The notes under the pieces: model-generated
The model's input: only the letters and a program-made list of their open reading frames with translations
Database searches by the model: none
What the model was told of the DNA's origin: nothing
Translations under genes and position numbers: made by a program
Assembly: GCA_041947015.1 (NCBI GenBank)
Contig: JBHGBL010000008.1
Span: 5,878 to 69,877 of the forward strand
Length of the DNA stretch: 64,000 bases
DNA from: Vicinamibacterales bacterium
Lineage (GTDB): Bacteria > Acidobacteriota > Vicinamibacteria > Vicinamibacterales > Fen-181
Direction: 5' to 3'
Shown: positions 58,444 to 64,000 of the stretch, piece by piece
How the letters are laid out: the number at the start of each line of letters is the position of its first letter
Position numbering within the stretch: the stretch's first letter is position 1

Positions 58444-59736
58444 TCACACCCACCCGCGGTCCTTGCATGCCTTCGCCACGCGGCTGACCGCGATGACGTA
58501 GGCCGCATCGCGCATGTACAACTTCTGGGTTCGCGCGAGCTCGCTGACCGCCTGGAAGGCAGAGGTCATCTTCTGGTCGAGCTTCGTGAGGACCTCGTCT
58601 TTCTCCCAGTAGTAGTTCATGTTGCCCTGCACCTGCTCGAAGTAGCTGCAGGTGACCCCGCCGGCGTTGGCGAGGAAGTCCGGCACGATGAAGATGCCCC
58701 GCGACTCGATGACCTTGTCTGCCTCGGGTGTCGTCGGGCCGTTGGCGCCTTCGACGATGAGCTTTACCCTGGGGCTTATCCGCGTGACGTTGTCGGCCGT
58801 CACCTGGTTCTCCAGCGCGCACGGCAGCAGGATGTCGACGTCCTGCTCGATCCATGCGCCGCCCGGCAGCCGCTCGTAGCCGAGCTCCTTGGCCTTCTGC
58901 TTGTCGATGCCGCCGAAGCGGTCCGTGATGCCGAGCAGCTGATCGACGTCGAGGCCGCTCATCCTGCGATACGTGTAAGACGTCTGGTCTTCCTGATCCC
59001 AGCAGCCGACCGCGATGACCTTGCCGCCGAGCTCCTGATACTTCCGGATGGCGTACTGCCCGACATTGCCGAAGCCCTGCACGCTCGCGGTGGTATTCGG
59101 GATGCTCAGGCCAATCTCGCCCGCGGCTTCGCGGAGGGTGAACACGACGCCGAACCCGGTCGCTTCCGTGCGGCCGAGCGAGCCGCCCATGCCCACCGGC
59201 TTGCCGGTGATGAACCCAGGTTCCTTCCCGCCGTGGATGAGCTCGAGCTCGTCGAGCATCCAGATCATGTGCTGCGGGGAGGTCATGACGTCGGGCGCGG
59301 GGACGTCGGTCGTCGCGCCGACGTTCTTGTGGAGCTGTCGCACCCAGCCTCGGCAGATGGCTTCCTGCTCTCGCATCGTGAGGTGATGCGGATCGCAGAT
59401 GACGCCGCCCTTGCCGCCGCCCAGCGGGATGTCGACGACCGAGCACTTCCACGTCATCCATGTGGCGAGCGCGCGGACGGTGTCGAGCGTCTCGTGGGGA
59501 TGGAAACGGATTCCGCCCTTGCAGGGCCCTCGCGCGTCATTGTGCTGGACGCGGAAGCCGCGGAACACCTTCGTCGTCCCGTCGTCCATGCGGACGGGGA
59601 TCGCGAAGCTGTACTCGCGCAGGGGCCAGCGGAGCAGGTCGCGGGTCGGCTGGTCGAGACCGAGGATGTCGGCGACCTTGTCGAACTGCGCCTGCGCCAT
59701 CTCGAACGCATTGAACGCCTTGCTCGTCGTCACCAC
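58444..59736 (-). CDS. Glu/Leu/Phe/Val dehydrogenase (glutamate dehydrogenase, GDH-2 type)
   Basis: GFRVQHN.ARGP.KGGIRFHP, MTWKC, PLGGGKGG, DVPAPD, TGKP...GGS.GR.EATG, QGFGNVG, EGANGP, PDFLANAGGV. AGGAG RBS before GTG. Confidence 0.93.
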   Translation of the reverse strand: MVTTSKAFNAFEMAQAQFDKVADILGLDQPTRDLLRWPLREYSFAIPVRMDDGTTKVFRGFRVQHNDARGPCKGGIRFHPHETLDTVRALATWMTWKCSVVDIPLGGGKGGVICDPHHLTMREQEAICRGWVRQLHKNVGATTDVPAPDVMTSPQHMIWMLDELELIHGGKEPGFITGKPVGMGGSLGRTEATGFGVVFTLREAAGEIGLSIPNTTASVQGFGNVGQYAIRKYQELGGKVIAVGCWDQEDQTSYTYRRMSGLDVDQLLGITDRFGGIDKQKAKELGYERLPGGAWIEQDVDILLPCALENQVTADNVTRISPRVKLIVEGANGPTTPEADKVIESRGIFIVPDFLANAGGVTCSYFEQVQGNMNYYWEKDEVLTKLDQKMTSAFQAVSELARTQKLYMRDAAYVIAVSRVAKACKDRGWV

Positions 59737-59814
59737 GTTTCTCCTATCGGGGGCTCGAGTGAAGCGGGAAAAGGGGCAGAAGGATAGCGGGCCCCGGGAC
59801 CGGGACCAGCCGCC

Positions 59815-59843
59815 AGAGTAGTTTGACGGGGCAGCCAAGTCAA
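59815..59843 (-). promoter_or_regulatory. Sigma70 promoter of the second GDH operon with overlapping inverted repeat
   Basis: Minus strand TTGACT-17 nt-TACTCT. TTGAC-N11-GTCAA palindrome at 59823-59843. Confidence 0.6.
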
Positions 59844-59958
59844 GCGACCGCCCGGCCGAAGGCCCTGGCGGGCAGGTCTTTACAGGGCTGGTATGTGCTA
59901 ATGTTCCCGCGGCAGGCGGGCTCGCCTGGCCGGCAATCGTCGCCTCCAGACTGACTCT

Positions 59959-61968
59959 ATGACCGACATCGACCGACGCACGTTCCTGGCACAGGTGGCG
60001 GTGACTGCGGCAACGGCTGCTGACGGACGGCGGCACAGACTGCGCGGCCTGTCGAATCAGCGGGGGCCGGGGCCGTCTGGCCTGGCGGCGCTCGCCTACA
60101 GACCGCTGCCGCTAGGTTCCGTGCAGCCGCAAGGCTGGCTGCTTGACCAGCTCCGCATTCAGGCTTCGGGTCTGACAGGCCATCTCGACGAGTTCTGGCC
60201 CGACGTTTCGGACAGCCAGTGGTTCGGCGGGAAGGCTGAGGGGTGGGAGCGGGCGCCCTACTGGCTCGACGGCGCCATCCCCCTCGCGTGGATCCTCGGC
60301 GATCGGCCTCTGCAGCAGCGGATCACCCGCTACGTTCACCACATCGTGTCGGCGCAGCGGCCCGACGGGTGGTACGGCCCGTATCCCGCCGACGTCTCGG
60401 CGAAGCCATACGACCTCTGGGCGATCCTCCTCGTGAACAAGGCACTCGTGCAGTTCCACGACGCAACCGGCGACAGCCTCGTTCTCGACGCGGTCACGCG
60501 CAACCTGCGCGCACTCGATGCTGCGCTCGATCGCGCGCCGCTCTTCAACTGGGGCAAGTTCCGCTGGTTCGAGGGCTTGATATCCATCTTCTACGTCCAC
60601 GAACGAGCACCGGAGCCATGGCTGCTGAGCCTCGCAAGGAAGCTCAGAGCGCAGGGATTCGACTACAAGAAGTTCTTCCTCGAGGACGAGGATGCCACCG
60701 TCCCGACGCCGCGGCGCGGGCTCTGGAAGTGGACCAAGCACGTCGTCAACACGGGCATGGCGCCCAAAGGGGAGGCTCTGGCCTGGCGGCTGAATCAGGC
60801 GGACGGCGACCTCGGGTTCCCGGCGCGCCTGCTGGCCCACCTCGATCGCTACCACGGTCAGGCGAACGGGATGTTCAGCGGCGACGAGTGCCTAGCCGGC
60901 AAGAACCCGCTCCAGGGCACCGAACTCTGCGCCGTGGTCGAGTTCATGTACTCGCTGGAGCACCTCGTTTCGATAACGGGCGACCCAGCTTTTGCCGATC
61001 GCCTGGAGCGGGTCGCATTCAACGCCCTGCCGGCCACATTCAAGCCGGACATGTGGGCGCACCAGTACGACCAGCAGGTCAACCAGGTGCAGTGCACGAT
61101 CAACCCCGATCACCTCTTCACAACCAACGGCCCGGAGTCGAACATCTACGGCCTGGAGCCGAATTTCGGTTGCTGCACGGCGAACATGCACCAGGGCTGG
61201 CCGAAGTTCGCGGCGCACCTCTGGATGGAGACGCCGGACGGCGGGCTGGCGGCCATCGCCTGGGCGCCGGCGGTGGCCAGGTTCCACCCCAAGGGCGTTC
61301 CCGTCACAGTGTCGGTGGAGACGCTCTACCCGTTCCGCGAAACCCTGCAGGTGACGGTGGCTGCTGAACGCGCAGTGAGGTTCCCGCTGGAGCTGCGTGT
61401 CCCTGCCTGGGCGGACGGGCCCGCGATCGTTTTTCGCGGCAGCGATGAGCGCCCTAGGGCCGGTACCTTTCACCGACTGGAGCGGGAGTGGGCAGCGGGG
61501 ACCACGCGGCTGGAGCTGCGGTTCCCGATGCGGCCGAAGTTCTCGCGCCGCTACAACGGCGCCGTAGCGGTAGAACGCGGGCCGCTCGTCTACTCGCTTC
61601 GCATTGGGGAAAGGTGGGCAGAGACAAAATCCGCAAAGCCCCACCGCGAGCTGCCGCACGCGGACTTCGAGGTCCGCCCGACGTCGGAATGGAACTACGG
61701 CCTCGTCGTGAACGAGTCGGAACCTGAAGAGAGTCTGCGTTTCGTGGAGAAGCCGGTTGGAGACGTTCCGTTCTCCCCCGATGGCGCCGGCGTCGAGGCA
61801 GCCGTCAAGGCGAGGCGGTTGCCCGGCTGGAAGATGGCACACGGCTGGGCTGCGGAAACGCCCGTATCCCCCCAAGCGTCGAACGAGCCACTCGAGGAGG
61901 TGCGCCTGATACCGTATGGGTGCACGAACATCCGGGTGACCGAGTTCCCGCTGATTCGCCAGGAATGA
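59959..61968 (+). CDS. GH127/GH146-like (beta-L-arabinofuranosidase family) glycoside hydrolase, Tat-exported
   Basis: DRRTFL twin-Arg motif, P.GWL..QL, WERAPYWLDG, SGDE...TELC, GCCTAN, RGPLVY, LIPYG. Confidence 0.85.
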   Translation: MTDIDRRTFLAQVAVTAATAADGRRHRLRGLSNQRGPGPSGLAALAYRPLPLGSVQPQGWLLDQLRIQASGLTGHLDEFWPDVSDSQWFGGKAEGWERAPYWLDGAIPLAWILGDRPLQQRITRYVHHIVSAQRPDGWYGPYPADVSAKPYDLWAILLVNKALVQFHDATGDSLVLDAVTRNLRALDAALDRAPLFNWGKFRWFEGLISIFYVHERAPEPWLLSLARKLRAQGFDYKKFFLEDEDATVPTPRRGLWKWTKHVVNTGMAPKGEALAWRLNQADGDLGFPARLLAHLDRYHGQANGMFSGDECLAGKNPLQGTELCAVVEFMYSLEHLVSITGDPAFADRLERVAFNALPATFKPDMWAHQYDQQVNQVQCTINPDHLFTTNGPESNIYGLEPNFGCCTANMHQGWPKFAAHLWMETPDGGLAAIAWAPAVARFHPKGVPVTVSVETLYPFRETLQVTVAAERAVRFPLELRVPAWADGPAIVFRGSDERPRAGTFHRLEREWAAGTTRLELRFPMRPKFSRRYNGAVAVERGPLVYSLRIGERWAETKSAKPHRELPHADFEVRPTSEWNYGLVVNESEPEESLRFVEKPVGDVPFSPDGAGVEAAVKARRLPGWKMAHGWAAETPVSPQASNEPLEEVRLIPYGCTNIRVTEFPLIRQE

Positions 61969-62019
61969 TAGCGCGGCGACGGTGGCCTTTTCGGGAGTAC
62001 GCTTGAGGGGGGCGGGTCA

Positions 62020-62940
62020 TTGTCAGCAAACGCCGGATGGCAACGCCGGTTGGCCGCGATCGCCTCTTGGAGCGGGGTGGCGACCGGTCTCCTCTTGGCG
62101 TGGGCACCTTCCGATCGCCAGGTCTTTCGCGCCGGCATCGACGTCGTCCTGGTTTCCGTGACCGTCAAGGACCATGACGGACGGCTGATCACGGGCCTGA
62201 CGCGGGATGACTTCACAGTTTACGAGGACGGCATCGCGCAGACGCTCTCCTACTTCACCAGCGAGCGCCTCCCGGTGAGCCTCGGCATCCTGGTCGATGT
62301 CAGCGACAGCATGTATGGCCAGAGGATCGCGGACGCTCGAAGGGCCATCGACCGGTTCGTTGTCGACCTGCTCGACGCGGAAGACGAAGCCTTCCTGATG
62401 ACCTTCAACCACGGTTGGGAGCTGCTTGCGCGGTGGACACGCCCGCCGAAGGCACTAGCTGGCCGGCTCGAAGCCGTGAGGCCGTTCGGCAGCACCGCAC
62501 TCTACGACGCGCTCGCAGCCGCCGGCCGGCAGATCCCGCGCCGGAGGCACCAGCGGTGCGGCATCGTCGTGATCTCTGATGGGGCTGATACTGCAAGCGA
62601 AAGCGGCTCAGTGGACGCGCGTGCCGCGCTCCTTCGCGCCGATGCCTTCGTCTACGCGATTGCGATCGACGCGCCACCGGATGTTGGAGTCCGGCGCGTG
62701 TTCTCACCCCACGCTCTCGGCGAGATGACAGGCGCTGCCGGAGGCTACACGGAGGTGATCCGCGACGGCAGCGAGCTTGGCGCCGCAACCGAGCGAATCG
62801 CGACCGAGCTGAACAACCAGTACACCCTCGCCTATTCTCCGCCGCACCGGGCCGACGGCCGTTTCCACACGATCCGCGTCGACGCCGCGAACCGGGACCT
62901 TGTCGTCCGCGCCCGGCGGGGATACTTCGCCGTCGAGTGA
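62020..62940 (+). CDS. VWA-domain protein (acidobacterial VWFA type)
   Basis: FRAGIDVVLVSVTV, MIDAS DVSDS, TALYDA, ISDGADT, QYTLAY, RARRGY. Start uncertain. Confidence 0.88.
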   Translation: MSANAGWQRRLAAIASWSGVATGLLLAWAPSDRQVFRAGIDVVLVSVTVKDHDGRLITGLTRDDFTVYEDGIAQTLSYFTSERLPVSLGILVDVSDSMYGQRIADARRAIDRFVVDLLDAEDEAFLMTFNHGWELLARWTRPPKALAGRLEAVRPFGSTALYDALAAAGRQIPRRRHQRCGIVVISDGADTASESGSVDARAALLRADAFVYAIAIDAPPDVGVRRVFSPHALGEMTGAAGGYTEVIRDGSELGAATERIATELNNQYTLAYSPPHRADGRFHTIRVDAANRDLVVRARRGYFAVE

Positions 62941-63084
62941 AGAGAGAGAGCCAGGCGGACACGCAACCTATCCATGTCCCCTATCCTGTAGTACGATTGA
63001 CCGCCCCCGTGGCACCGCGACTCGCCAGGCCAGGCGGTCCCTGCCGGAACTGAAGTCGTGAATTCCGAATGAAAGGCATGAGAA

Positions 63085-64000
63085 ATGGGCAGAATTGGAG
63101 GCATAGTTTTCGCAATGGTGCTCGTCGCTACGAGCGCACTGGCCCAGGATTGGCGCGGCAACGGGCGGCTGATGGGCAAGGTGGTTGACGAGGCGGGCAA
63201 GCCGATCGAAGGCGTCAGCGTTCGGGCGTATTACCCGTCGGTCGTCGGGGCGCTCGAGGCCAAGACGAACCGAAGGGGCGAGTGGAGCGTGGACGACGTG
63301 GCGGAGGGGAGCTGGAAGATCACCTTCGAGAAGGAGGGCTACCACCCGGCCGAATCGAGCGCCGAGGTGGACGAGAGCGGCCGCTCGTCGGCGCTCACGA
63401 CCAAGCTGGAGAAGATATTCGACCCGAACGCTTTTATCGGGGAGCAGGTCAAGAAGGCGGAAGGCTTCCTGGGCCAGCGCAAGTTCGCCGATGCCCGAAA
63501 GCTCTACGAAGAGGTCGTCGCCAAGGTGCCGGACGTCGCCGGGCCGATGCAGATGTACATCGCCCGCACGTATTACGAGGAGAAGAACCCGGCCAAGGCA
63601 ATCGAGCACCTGGAGATCGGCGTGCAGAAGGACCCGGCCAACGCCCAGATGAAGCAGATGCTGGTTTCCGTGTACCTGGAGATAGGTAATACCGAAAAGG
63701 CGACGGCGGTCCTGAGCACGATCGACGAGGCTGCTATAACCGATCCGGCGATCTACCTGAACTTCGGCGTGGCTCTGTTGAAACAGCAGAAAGCAGCCGA
63801 GGCGGTCAAGTCGTTCGACAAGGCGGTCCAGCGCTTCCCGAACGCGCCGGAGGGCTACTACTACCGCGCGAACGCCAACATCGAGCTCTTCAATGCCGAC
63901 AAGAATCCGGAGAGCCCTGAGAAGGCGAAGCGGCTCGAGAGCATCAAGGCTGACCTCCAGAAGTTCCTCCAGATCGCGCCGAACGCCCCCGAGGCAGCGC
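63085..64000 (+). CDS. Secreted carboxypeptidase-regulatory-like domain plus TPR protein (runs off window end)
   Basis: Manual translation: MGRIGGIVFAMVLVATSALAQDWRGNGRLMGKVVDEAGKPIEGV..., then TPR-like helices (YLNFGVALL, PEGYYYRA). Open to the window end. Confidence 0.82.
   Translation, partial: MGRIGGIVFAMVLVATSALAQDWRGNGRLMGKVVDEAGKPIEGVSVRAYYPSVVGALEAKTNRRGEWSVDDVAEGSWKITFEKEGYHPAESSAEVDESGRSSALTTKLEKIFDPNAFIGEQVKKAEGFLGQRKFADARKLYEEVVAKVPDVAGPMQMYIARTYYEEKNPAKAIEHLEIGVQKDPANAQMKQMLVSVYLEIGNTEKATAVLSTIDEAAITDPAIYLNFGVALLKQQKAAEAVKSFDKAVQRFPNAPEGYYYRANANIELFNADKNPESPEKAKRLESIKADLQKFLQIAPNAPEAA

Overview
GC-rich bacterial chromosome segment. The taxon is inferred to be Acidobacteriota, probably Vicinamibacteria-like, from two acidobacterial-type VWA genes, HEAT and carboxypeptidase-regulatory/TPR genes. 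Positions 1-35 kb and 60-64 kb are mostly housekeeping genes: msrB, dcyD, uvrA, mpg, an HtrA protease, hsp20, efp, tdk, ku, uvrC, trpS, scpAB, rluB, cmk, rpsA, an IHF/HU gene, two acyl-CoA dehydrogenases and a GH127-like glycosidase. The standout is a ~24 kb glutamate-centred locus at 35.7-59.7 kb with two parts. (1) A HydABC/NuoEFG-like flavin-FeS module, with NuoF fused to a GltD domain and no hydrogenase or molybdopterin catalytic domain, followed by a stand-alone FMN glutamate-synthase domain that has no amidotransferase. (2) Two glutamate dehydrogenase genes heading two convergent operons. Between them lie a histidine kinase, a catalytically degenerate NtrC-like regulator, four PEP-synthase-like ATP-grasp proteins, a receiver-domain protein, a metallophosphoesterase and a Pol-beta nucleotidyltransferase. 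The four ATP-grasp proteins lack the pyruvate-binding barrel but all keep a G[ST]HFF histidine motif, and two carry sensor or receiver domains. I infer a dikinase-based (non-canonical histidine kinase) signalling or covalent-modification system controlling glutamate/ammonia metabolism. No tRNA, rRNA, CRISPR array or transposase was recognised. All calls come from reading motifs by eye, no database searches were run, and several start codons are best guesses.
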